This document shows positions 38,501 to 47,939 of a stretch of DNA of 64,000 nt, piece by piece. How positions within the stretch are numbered: position 1 is the stretch's first letter; each line of letters opens with the position of its first letter. Source of the stretch: Gammaproteobacteria bacterium (lineage in GTDB: Bacteria > Pseudomonadota > Gammaproteobacteria > UBA4575); contig OZ244849.1 in NCBI GenBank assembly GCA_965220875.1, forward strand, positions 1,466,401 through 1,530,400. Direction: 5' to 3'. Below the pieces are notes generated by a model. It saw only the letters and a list, made by a program, of their open reading frames with translations. It ran no database searches and was not told where the DNA came from. The translations under genes were made by a program, and so were the position numbers.

Positions 38501-38722
38501 GGGGCACTGCACCTGAAACATTACATCAGTGGTACGGACACCACCGCAAAGGTCTCCGGGATGAACCTTCGAGCCCGCACGCAGGACAATGAGGTGCTGC
38601 TGGACCTGGGGGCCAGGTGGCAGAAGGATCCGTGGATACTGGATGCAGCACTGTCTGTCCAGGAGGCAGGTTCCGGGAATCATGCGTACTCAGGTTCAAT
38701 CCATATCGGGATGCAGTTCTAG
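35546..38722 (+). pseudogene. Autotransporter (type Va) with repetitive passenger, interrupted by an in-frame TGA at 36614-36616
   Basis: Signal peptide; [18 protein letters not shown]-type passenger repeats continue in the same frame across the TGA; C-terminal beta-barrel ending ...IHIGMQF. Confidence 0.7.
37609..37815 (+). repeat. Three perfect 60-bp tandem repeats (37621-37800) encoding a [14 protein letters not shown] linker
   Basis: Sequence lines 37621, 37681 and 37741 are identical 60-mers. Confidence 0.95.
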
Positions 38723-39079
38723 GGGAAGTAGAATCCCAGTGACCCGTGAGGGTGGGCGGGGCCTGGATGCCGATCTCTTCGCTTTGTAATCGTAAGTTAT
38801 CTAACCTCAAGACCATCCTCCGATGATTCCAAACACCTACTACAGACCCATGTCTCATTGGAGAATACTGAAACTTGAAGCGCTTGTGCAGGCATGTTAG
38901 GGGAACTACATATGTGGCACACAATATGCCAGTCTACGCATAGATCCTGACATGGCAACGAAGCACGATAACCAAGTGGGGAGCCATCAAGGGTCGGCCT
39001 TCAGTAACGGGGCAGCTGGACGTGGAGGTGGCGACGTCAGTCGGCCTGTGAAGAGTCAAATGGATACCAAGTATATAGT

Positions 39080-39566
39080 TACCAGAAAACCCGCTGGATG
39101 GTGATGTAGAAGCGGATGAAACCTATATCGGAGGCAAGGCTTCTGGTGGCAAGCGTGGAGCGGTGCTCCCAACAAGTCTATCGCTTTCGGAATGCTGGAC
39201 CGGGATGGGGATGTAATGACCGAGGTTGTCCCGAATGTTAAGAAGAACACCCTTCAACCGATTATTGCTGCTAACGTCAAAAAGGGCAGCACGGTGCATA
39301 CTGATGAGCTTCGCTCCTATAAGGGACTGGACAAGGCTGGGTATGAGCGCAAGCGAGTTAACCACGGAACCGGGCAACACGTGAAAGACGATTGCCACGT
39401 CAACAGCATTGAAGGCTTTTGGGCCAGGTTGAAACTGTCTATTCGCGGTACACATATCCATGTCTCTAAGAAGTGCCTTCGGAAGTATCTGAAGGAGTTT
39501 GAGTTTCGCTACAACTATCGGAACAAGCCTGAGCAGATGTTTCCTGACTTGCTTTCTTCCCTATAG
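39080..39566 (+). pseudogene. IS1595-family transposase remnant (frameshifted, lacking the N-terminal third)
   Basis: EADETYIGGK motif at about 39100 then frameshift; ORF 39192-39566 carries HVNSIEGFWARLKLSIRGTHIHVSK; closely related to the 31472 fragment. Confidence 0.75.
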
Positions 39567-39911
39567 CAGCAGCTTCCAGTGCTGGCAGGGAACGTCCATC
39601 TGATACAGATGGATGTTCCCTGCAGAAACGCGCCAGCAAGCCAAATCGGCGTGCTTCTTCCAGACTGATAATATTTACCAACTGACATTGTTATCGTTCC
39701 TCTATTGCTTGCATTTTATACTTCACACATGTAATACTTTGTATGATCTCTTCATACTTCACAAGTAACTCGTTAACGGTCTAGCTTGGGTCCGCATTGA
39801 GGAGATCACTCTTCATATAAGTACTCTCATTTTAAGGCTCTGGGATTGAGCCTTTCTTTTTGGATTTACATACAATCAAAATCATCCATATCACACTCAG
39901 TAAATAAGATT

Positions 39912-40583
39912 TCATTTATCAACTCTAGATAATTTACGGGCAGCATCTAAATCCCCTCTCATTACATATCGCCTTAAGTTATTTAGATAGTTGTACCATT
40001 GAATAAGATCATCTCGATTCTTTGGGCAATTAGGTATTTGAATATCAAAATCTAGTAAAGCACTCTCCAAGGAAGCAATTTGCTTCATAAAATCGTGATT
40101 AAAAACAAGGCCACCAGTAAGCATCGAATCAGCCATATCAAGAGTTTCTTCTACTAAAAATTCGATATCAACATCACTAAATTTGGTTTTTGGCAATGTC
40201 TTTACTATTCGACGATAAACCCAAGGAGGTGCAGTAAAAATAAACCATACGAAAAATCCTGTGACAAATATAACTAGAATTAAGGGTGTAAATGCTGCTT
40301 GAACCTCGGGAGGGTCTTGCCAGATAAAATTCCCTTCCCTAGCAGCTGCTATTGCAGTTCCGTCAACAAGCTCAGTGACTTCAATCCCTATTCGTCGCCC
40401 ATCGTCATCGGTAGCTTCACAATCAGGTGGATCGTTACCTTGTCCTCGCAACTTGAACGAATGAAAGGGCATCTTCCCTAGCCTTTCAAGTTCCTCGTTG
40501 AATGTCAGGATCACGCCGATTTCGTTTTCCTCCTTCTTATTTGACAAAGCAAAGTAGGACGCATGCCGTCGTATACCATCCAA
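39912..40583 (-). CDS. Hypothetical protein with one TM segment
   Basis: 223 aa ORF; central hydrophobic LILVIFVTGFFVWFIF. Confidence 0.4.
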   Translation of the reverse strand: MDGIRRHASYFALSNKKEENEIGVILTFNEELERLGKMPFHSFKLRGQGNDPPDCEATDDDGRRIGIEVTELVDGTAIAAAREGNFIWQDPPEVQAAFTPLILVIFVTGFFVWFIFTAPPWVYRRIVKTLPKTKFSDVDIEFLVEETLDMADSMLTGGLVFNHDFMKQIASLESALLDFDIQIPNCPKNRDDLIQWYNYLNNLRRYVMRGDLDAARKLSRVDK

Positions 40584-40956
40584 AAGCTGAATGGCTCCTT
40601 GGCGCGATCACCAAGGCTTGGGTGCTGTCTATCAGGGGGATGGGATGCCGGCATCTTCAATCACCGCTCAAGGTATATACGGACAGCAGTCTCAACTGTC
40701 GACATCGTTCCTCCTCCAAGCTCGGTCTTGCTGATCCGGAATCCGCGCAGGGTACGGAGCACTATGCGCCGTGTTCTCGGTGCTGTTGATCGTGTAGGTT
40801 ATCTCTTAGCCTTCCTCGATGATTTCAGCCCTGCCGTGATTGAAATACGCGATGCGACCATCAAATGAGCCCCGCTCCGGGGGTTCGTGCAGAGGACTAC
40901 AGCTGTTAATAACGCATCAAAGCGATGCTTGACTACACTTCTCTGAACTTTAGTGT

Positions 40957-41376
40957 TCATAGTAGCGGGTAACAGGCAAACTGTTTCAGGTATTTCAACT
41001 TCACCTCGTTTGGAGGCGTGCTCTTCTTCCTGGCAGCTTCTACATGCTTTTTCTCCCAAGCACCAAACAGTTCCACATCACCTTTCTGGCCATCGATACA
41101 GACAATCAATAAGTCATAGTCCGCATCGGGTTTTATAGTGACATACCTGTCGTCTTTGTTTTTACTGTAGTGCCACTTGAACTTAACCTGAACGGCCAAG
41201 TCTCCAATGTGCCCATCTACATCCTTCTTGCCTTGTGCAGTTCTCACCATGCCAAACCTGTCTTCACAAAAACTCTCACCAAGAAACTCGTACACGCCAT
41301 CATAACGGGAAGGCATAGAACCCAATATCTGCAAAAGAACCTTGCGTACCCACGCGTTTTGCCAGCTGGCAATCAC
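40957..41376 (-). CDS. Hypothetical protein, PD-(D/E)xK-like (paralog of 30980-31432)
   Basis: Shared GESFCEDRFGMV...DGHIGDLAVQVKFKW...DLLIVCIDG motifs. Confidence 0.5.
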   Translation of the reverse strand: MIASWQNAWVRKVLLQILGSMPSRYDGVYEFLGESFCEDRFGMVRTAQGKKDVDGHIGDLAVQVKFKWHYSKNKDDRYVTIKPDADYDLLIVCIDGQKGDVELFGAWEKKHVEAARKKSTPPNEVKLKYLKQFACYPLL

Positions 41377-41741
41377 TTTTTGTCCTTCGCCTTGGTGTGC
41401 TCGGTTTTCACACCTGTAATGGGCAAGCCTGCAATGACGCCCCCCGTGAATCCGCCTGGAATTACGATCACACCATTTCCCTCCAGCCCTATATGGCGTG
41501 AGAGACCGTCTTTCCCGTAGTGATGACTGGTAATCTGCAAGTCGCCTTCAATGCGAATCCCGTGTTGATTAATGTGTTCTATTTTCTCATCAAGACCGGC
41601 AATTCGCTTCTTGTACCTGTGCCCTAACATCAAGATGCCTAGCACAGCACCAGCCCCAAGACATGCAGCCCAAACAAGGTGCAATACCCAGTGCTCGATG
41701 AAACCCTGTACCAGCCAAGTGATCGTTGCTTCGATTACCAT
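41373..41741 (-). CDS. Small membrane-anchored protein, translationally coupled to 40957-41376
   Basis: 122 aa; N-terminal TM helices; stop overlaps the downstream start. Confidence 0.4.
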   Translation of the reverse strand: MVIEATITWLVQGFIEHWVLHLVWAACLGAGAVLGILMLGHRYKKRIAGLDEKIEHINQHGIRIEGDLQITSHHYGKDGLSRHIGLEGNGVIVIPGGFTGGVIAGLPITGVKTEHTKAKDKK

Positions 41742-41917
41742 TGAAATATACTAGTCTAGTCACGTACAGTGTCAACGGAAATAACGCGATATAATCCCCC
41801 AAATTTTCAAACCAGAAGCACATTTGAATTTATGAACCTGTTCCTTGATGAGGTCGCAGATCGCACGTTTTTTGAGCAAGGTCGCTGGGGAGGCAAGCGA
41901 GTAAAAGGGAAGATTGA

Positions 41918-42460
41918 ATGAAGTCAAACAAAAGCTACACAACAATAACCGGTGCATCGGGAGAGTATTACGTTCTAAGCCAATTACTTCGGCGTGGATG
42001 GATAGCAGCATTGGCTCCTGATGGTGCTCCCAACATGGATATTCTTGTAACAAACGTTGAAAGCGAGAAAGTCTGTGCCATTCAAGTCAAGACTGCACGG
42101 CTGATAACGAGCAAGAACGGCTGGCACATGAGCCACAAGCACGAGACGATAATCAGTGACAAGCTGTTTTATGCTTTCGTCGATATTGGAGAGGAAGTAT
42201 CTGCTCCAATCGTCTCCTACATTCTGCCATCGCAGGTGGTTGCAGACTGTATCCGTAGTTGCCATGAAGTGTGGATGGATACTCCCGGCCGGGGTGGACA
42301 GCCCCACAAGGAAGTTGAGATGAGAATGCTCTTTCCAGACCACGCTTTCATCAAGCCAATAACCGACCAAGGAAAAACCATCATTGACCAGTATCGGGCT
42401 GGCTGGCTGGAACCCTATCGTGAAAACTGGGGTATACTGGGCTTGCCTGCGGTTAGATGA
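41918..42460 (+). CDS. Hypothetical protein, possible PD-(D/E)xK nuclease fold
   Basis: GEYYVLSQLLRRGW...DGAPNMDILV...EKVCAIQVKT resembles an E...D...(E/Q)xK arrangement; RBS AAGGGAAGATTGAATG. Confidence 0.4.
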   Translation: MKSNKSYTTITGASGEYYVLSQLLRRGWIAALAPDGAPNMDILVTNVESEKVCAIQVKTARLITSKNGWHMSHKHETIISDKLFYAFVDIGEEVSAPIVSYILPSQVVADCIRSCHEVWMDTPGRGGQPHKEVEMRMLFPDHAFIKPITDQGKTIIDQYRAGWLEPYRENWGILGLPAVR

Positions 42461-42850
42461 ACCATATAGCGTGCGTGTCAATAGGAAATAACGTATAGTC
42501 AACAAAAGGTTGTACACATTCACCCACAAGCAATGCAATACAGGAGTGCATTGTGGCCAACAAGAAAGCGAACGGCAGTGGCGATCTTCTAACCAGAGCC
42601 ATGAAACAGGTATTCAGCGAGGTTTTCGGCGAAAAGGTCGAACCTGTCATGAATGAAACGGGATCCATTGAGGGCCGACTCAATGATCGCATCGATACCA
42701 CCAATGAAAACATGCAATCCCAATCTGCTGAATAGAAAAGAAAATCAGCAAGATAATCGAGGTGGCACGTTAGACCAGTTCCTGGTATGGCTGGCGGCTG
42801 CGGGGTGCTACTCCCTTGACCCGAGAGCCACGATAGCGCTTCGTAGCGGC

Positions 42851-43782
42851 TAGCTTATCAACTCCCTGTACATCAACCGCTTGCCCACCATACCCGCTGC
42901 CACATTCTGCATCTGTTCCATGGTGTCGGATTCCCGAACGTTGTAGCGTCCTGAAAATTCATCGACATACCTGTCCAAGTGCTTCTCGCTCATGTGGTGG
43001 TACGTGCCGTGTAACCACACTTGAGTAAAGCCCAGAATGACTCGATGCCATTGGTGTGAGCCTGATCCTTGACGTACTGGCTGACTGAATGCTTGACGGT
43101 TTCATGCCTGTGAGGGATGCCCTGATAGCACTTGTGTTCATCGGTGTAGACGATGCTGTCAGGCTCGACACGGCTGTTAACGAAGTTATGCAAAGTCTGC
43201 TTGTCCGTGCTGGTGATCTTTGAAGCACTGACCTTACGGGTAGCACGATCCCCACTACAATGGACTTGCTGACTCCACTCATCCAGCTTTCAGCTTTTTG
43301 CCGGAATGCTTGTTGCGCTCTTTGCCACCCATGTAGGTCTCGTCAATCTCCACAGACCCTATGAAAGCATCCAGTCCGGTATCGCCCCAAGCCTTGTGCA
43401 ATCTATGCAGCATGAAACAAGCCGTCCTTTGCGTGACTTTCAGGTCACGATGCAGTTTCGTGCCGCTAACGCCCTTGAAGTTGGTTACATGCAGATACAG
43501 GGCAAAAGCCCACTTGCGAAGTGGCAGCCGTGAACTTTGCAGGGTGGTTCCAGTGCGAACGCTGAAGTAGTTATAATAATCATTACAGAAGTAGGGCATG
43601 GTCTTGTGCTCGGCTTCCACTGTCTTGGTACTGCCACAGCGACCACAGCATCGTTCTTGTGGCCAGTAAATGCTCTCGAACCATTTAATGGCAGATTCCT
43701 CATCGGGAAATATCTCTCCCAACTCAAGTAAGGAAATGCCCTCTCTGTGTGATTTTCCGGGTGCTTTCTTCTTTGTTTTCAT
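42851..43782 (-). pseudogene. IS1595-family transposase, frameshifted
   Basis: N-terminus MKTKKKAPG...CGRCGSTKT zinc ribbon...EIDETYMGGK; C-terminus continues in another frame (HTNGIESFWALLK ... HGTYHHMSEKHLDRYVDEFSGRYN). Confidence 0.75.
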
Positions 43783-43919
43783 ATCGAGTACGTGACACCG
43801 AACGTCAGCAGTAAACCTGATAGGTCTTCCATGCCAGGGCTTCTGTGGTTTGTGTTGTAGCGAAATTAATGTCCAATAAACTGGACTAAAGTTTCTAACA
43901 TTATTTACATATCGCAGCC

Positions 43920-44123
43920 ATGAAACTACAGGAATATCTTGAAGAGGCCGGGGTTTCAATCTCCAGGTTTGCTGAAAAGGTTGGCATCTCACGTCAGCTC
44001 GTGCACAAGTGGCTGAGAGGCAAAGAACCTCTGCTGCGTTATGCGCTGATTGTTGAGGATTTGACCGACGGCAAGGTCGACTGCAGGTCCTGGGGCAAGC
44101 CATCCGAAGAGCAAAATCTCTAA
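43920..44123 (+). CDS. Small HTH DNA-binding protein (Cro/YdaS-like)
   Basis: VSISRFAEKVGISRQLVHKWLRG helix-turn-helix. Confidence 0.5.
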   Translation: MKLQEYLEEAGVSISRFAEKVGISRQLVHKWLRGKEPLLRYALIVEDLTDGKVDCRSWGKPSEEQNL

Positions 44124-44149
44124 TTTTCCAGAATTTCCCACGCCTCGCA

Positions 44150-44521
44150 ATGAGTCGTAAGCAATTTATAGAATCACAGGGGGCAACCTGTAAAAACTGG
44201 TTCTGGAGTTGGTCATTCATCAATGAAGCCAAGAAATTCATCATATTTGGCATGTGGGATACAAGGGACGAGAGTGGCGAAATTTTGTGCGAGAGTTGGG
44301 TAATCAGCCACAAAGGCAAAAGGAGTCATGGGTACCCGCAGTCACGGGAGCATATCCGGCTTATCGAGGAGGAGGGCTACCTGCTCAAGACTTTCCCCAT
44401 GGAATACACGACTGCAGACGAAAACGATCCAGAGGCCCCCGCAAAAATCAAAGGATTCACCCCGGAACTCAGCGACAAAAAGCTGATTCGGGACGAAAAC
44501 TGCTGGTTTGCTTCGGACTAG
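44150..44521 (+). CDS. Stand-alone copy of the N-terminal domain of the 16112 HNH protein (HNH domain absent)
   Basis: About 80% identical by eye to residues 1-123 of the 16112 ORF (MSRKQFIESQGATCKNWFWSWSFINE...). Confidence 0.55.
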   Translation: MSRKQFIESQGATCKNWFWSWSFINEAKKFIIFGMWDTRDESGEILCESWVISHKGKRSHGYPQSREHIRLIEEEGYLLKTFPMEYTTADENDPEAPAKIKGFTPELSDKKLIRDENCWFASD

Positions 44522-44705
44522 AAATATGGGTGTACTTACCAGAAGAAATACATCTGGAGGAATTTTCCAAGCAGGATGTAACATATGAAATTACTTTGGC
44601 TAACAGGTTGAAGCATCTGGCCGGGGCTGCGCCCGTCCCGGGTGACCCCGGTATTCGCCTTGGGCAAAATCTTTCTAGCTCTCTCGAAGCAAGTATGGGA
44701 AATGT

Positions 44706-45328
44706 TTGGAGGGATACTTGGCCTTGTCTTTTGGGCAGTACTGCACCAAGTGCGGATGCACAGGTCGTATTACGAAGCAGAAGAACTATCGTAAGGGCTA
44801 TTGGCGCGGAGACTGCTGCAGCTTCATCAACTGCTTCACTGGAACGCCTCTTGAGCATAACAGGGTGAAGGACAGCAAAAGTGGATTTATGCTGCTCACC
44901 AGTTGATGGTGGCTCGCAAGGTCATTTCTGCCTTACAACTCAAGTACGAGTTGAAAGTCAGCTACCCTACTGCCTGGTACATGCTGCATCGGCTTCGTAT
45001 CATGTGTGGCACTGATCTTGAGGCTCTTCGTGGTGAGGTGGAAATGGATGCCACTTATCTTGGTGGACTGGAAAAGAACAAGCATTCAAGCGATAAGCTG
45101 AAAGCAGGCCGGGGAACGGTTGGGAAGCAATCTGCCAAAGAGTATGTCAATGGTATGGCTCATACCAATGGTATTGAGTCAGTCTGGTCTACGATCAAAA
45201 GAGGCTTCAATGGAATCTATCACCACTGGAGCAAGAAACATTGCCAGAAACATGTTGATGAGTTTACATTCAGACTGAACACGCCAGCAATCCATGAAAA
45301 AGCTGTTGCTGCCCACTCAAACATTTAA
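44706..45328 (+). pseudogene. Degenerate IS1595-family transposase (zinc-ribbon fragment + internally deleted C-terminal fragment)
   Basis: CTKCGCTG zinc-ribbon ORF 44706-44906, then LHRLRIMCG...ATYLGG...AHTNGIESVWSTIKRGFNGIYHH in 44903-45328. Confidence 0.65.
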
Positions 45329-45423
45329 GCGTACTATTCTACCCTGTTAAGTATGTCAAAGGGAACAACGCGAAACTAAAAGAAGTGTAATGACTTGAAC
45401 CAAAGCAAGGAATTAAACAAACC

Positions 45424-46260
45424 ATGAGACAATACACACTTGCGTTATACGTACTCCTTCTTACAGGTTGCATGGGAGGTGGAGGATCCGGTGATGTTCC
45501 CATTCCTCCACCTGAATACTATGCGATACAGGATTATGAACGGATTGCCACGAATGCCAATCTCTTGCTTTCCACAGACAGAATCAATTGGATACCAGAC
45601 CAAGCAGAACCGGAACGTGTATCCGTAGAATGTCTGGGCATGTACTGTTCGGTAGGCTATTCAGCTTTCATACATTCAGACAAGGTTATCGGCCTGAGCG
45701 TGGATGATCTTTCGGTACTATCCACTGTTCAAGGAATCAATACGGGAGTCGTGGAGTTCAGCAGCCCATGGTCCAACCTGCACAGCTATGGCGGTTGGAT
45801 GAAACACAGTTTCTTTGCTTCAACCGCTGTCATGTGGGTGAACGACCTAGACCCCGATCAGGGAGTGGTCCAGGCATACGGCACGGTGACCGGAAACTCA
45901 ATGTCCACCAATCCCACGATGGAGGCGACCTGGACAGGTTTTGTTACCGCAAAAGACCATAATGTTGCAACCGACCTGACATCAGTTGTAACAGGCGATG
46001 CCCGTATCTCTGTCAGCATTGATGAGCAGGTATTGGTGGACGTTCACTTGACGGATATGGTCAATGATATGACCAGCCAAAGCTACACTGACATGATTTA
46101 TGAAGGCATGCCAGCAACCGATGATCAGTTTGGCCGTTACCATGCAGATGATGACAAGGTATCCGGCGTGTTTTACGGCCCGAACCACGAGGAAGTAGGC
46201 GGAGTGTTTGACCATCCAGAAGGACTGGCTGGGGCTTACGGAGGAAAGAGAAAAGATTAA
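45424..46260 (+). CDS. Surface lipoprotein with TbpB/fHbp-like C-terminal beta-barrel
   Basis: Lipobox LLLTGCMGGGGSG; C-terminus SGVFYGPNHEEVGGVFDHPEGLAGAYGGKRKD. Confidence 0.6.
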   Translation: MRQYTLALYVLLLTGCMGGGGSGDVPIPPPEYYAIQDYERIATNANLLLSTDRINWIPDQAEPERVSVECLGMYCSVGYSAFIHSDKVIGLSVDDLSVLSTVQGINTGVVEFSSPWSNLHSYGGWMKHSFFASTAVMWVNDLDPDQGVVQAYGTVTGNSMSTNPTMEATWTGFVTAKDHNVATDLTSVVTGDARISVSIDEQVLVDVHLTDMVNDMTSQSYTDMIYEGMPATDDQFGRYHADDDKVSGVFYGPNHEEVGGVFDHPEGLAGAYGGKRKD

Positions 46261-46714
46261 ACAGTCTGTCAAACATGCCTTATGGTGGGGTAAGGTGACC
46301 CCATGCTCCCGGCAGCATGCTGACTTAAACGGGTGACTGCAAACCGAAAGAAGATATACCAGTTCCTCCCATGACCAAAAAGAACCTGAATCGCAGATTC
46401 AGGATGCGTTTAGATCGAAAGGGGAAACCTGTAATGGAAGAAGTGTAATAAGAGGGGTTTGTAAACTAATCTTTATAATTCCCTTCAGTTTGGTGCCCTC
46501 AATCTCACCAGTGGCGATCTTGGCAACTGTGACTGCACACCCAACTGCATCCGCCGGACGCTTTATCCGTTGGAATCTCGATCCGTATTGTGTAGCATTT
46601 GTATTTTCAGGGAGGTGGTATTGTATTACACTATTACACCCCTCTCTTTATCAATGATGAATAGCTGCTAGGCGTTACGGACAGATCTGCAGCCGGACAA
46701 TTGGGGGGAATGCT

Positions 46715-47839
46715 ATGAAGACGAATCAAACGAAGCGAAGAAGTTCCCGGTACGGGGTGGTTGGCTGGACAGCCGGTGCCGTGCTGGCGTGTCTGACCGG
46801 TCTGCCCGGGGTCGCGACAGGTGCCGAATCGGTCACGGTGGTTTCCTGGGGCGGCTCCTATGCCAGGGCCTGGGAGAAGGCGATTCTTGAGCCCTTCACG
46901 GCCGAGACGGGTGTCGAAGTGCGCCTGGAGAGTTTCAACGGCGGCCTGGCCCAGGTCAGGGCGCAGGTCGAGACGGGCAACGTGCACTGGGACATCGTGG
47001 ATCTTGAGCTTGCGGACCTTGTGCGCGGATGTGACGAGAACCTGCTCGAGCTTGTCGACATAGACCAGTTGCCCCCGGCCCCCGACGGCACCCCGGCACG
47101 GGAGGACTACTACGAGGGGACGTATTCGGACTGCGGGGGCAGCGGGATTTTCTACTCGACGATCTATGCCTATAACACCAAGAGTTTTCCGGGCGAGAAG
47201 CCGACCACCATCGAGGACTATTTCGATCTCGGGAAGTTTCCGGGTCGGCGCGGCATGCGCCGCACTCCCGGGGTGAACCTGGAGTTCGCGCTCATGGCGG
47301 ACGGGGTTCCTCCGGGCGAGGTGTACGAGGTGCTCGACACGCCGGAGGGCCTGGACCGTGCCTTTCGCAAGCTGGACACGATCAAGGAGCATATTGTCTG
47401 GTGGGAGGCTGGTGCCCAGCCGCCGCAGATGCTGGCCGACCAGGAGGTGGTGATGAGCACGGCCTACAACGGCAGGATCTTCAACGCCCAGGTGATCGAG
47501 AACCAGCCGCTGGTGATCGTCTGGGATGGCCAGGTGCTCGATTACAGCCAGATTGCGATCGTCGCCGGGACGCCCAACATGGAAACGGCAAGGGAATTCC
47601 TGCAGTATGCTTCCCGGGTGGAGTCGATGGCGGCGATCGGGCGTTACATTGCGTACAGTCCGACCCGCCGTTCGGGCGTGAGCCTTTTTCCCAAGCATGC
47701 GGAGACGGGTGTGGAGATGCGTCCGCACATGCCGAGTGCGCCGGAGAACCTGAAGCGAGCGTTGCGCAACGACTGGGAGTGGTGGAGCGATAACGCGGAG
47801 GAAGTGCACGAGCGGTTTAGCGCGTGGCTCAATCGCTGA
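46715..47839 (+). CDS. ABC transporter periplasmic substrate-binding protein (PotD/family-1 solute-binding-like)
   Basis: Signal peptide; 374 aa; general family-1 SBP features; about 60% GC. Confidence 0.5.
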   Translation: MKTNQTKRRSSRYGVVGWTAGAVLACLTGLPGVATGAESVTVVSWGGSYARAWEKAILEPFTAETGVEVRLESFNGGLAQVRAQVETGNVHWDIVDLELADLVRGCDENLLELVDIDQLPPAPDGTPAREDYYEGTYSDCGGSGIFYSTIYAYNTKSFPGEKPTTIEDYFDLGKFPGRRGMRRTPGVNLEFALMADGVPPGEVYEVLDTPEGLDRAFRKLDTIKEHIVWWEAGAQPPQMLADQEVVMSTAYNGRIFNAQVIENQPLVIVWDGQVLDYSQIAIVAGTPNMETAREFLQYASRVESMAAIGRYIAYSPTRRSGVSLFPKHAETGVEMRPHMPSAPENLKRALRNDWEWWSDNAEEVHERFSAWLNR

Positions 47840-47939
47840 GGGGTGCCAGGATTCGTGCGGCAGTTCGAACGCTGCTATGGTTAACAAGATCGAAGATGGG
47901 CCAAGTTGGGTGGCCTGCCCACATTTGAGGATAGCTGAG

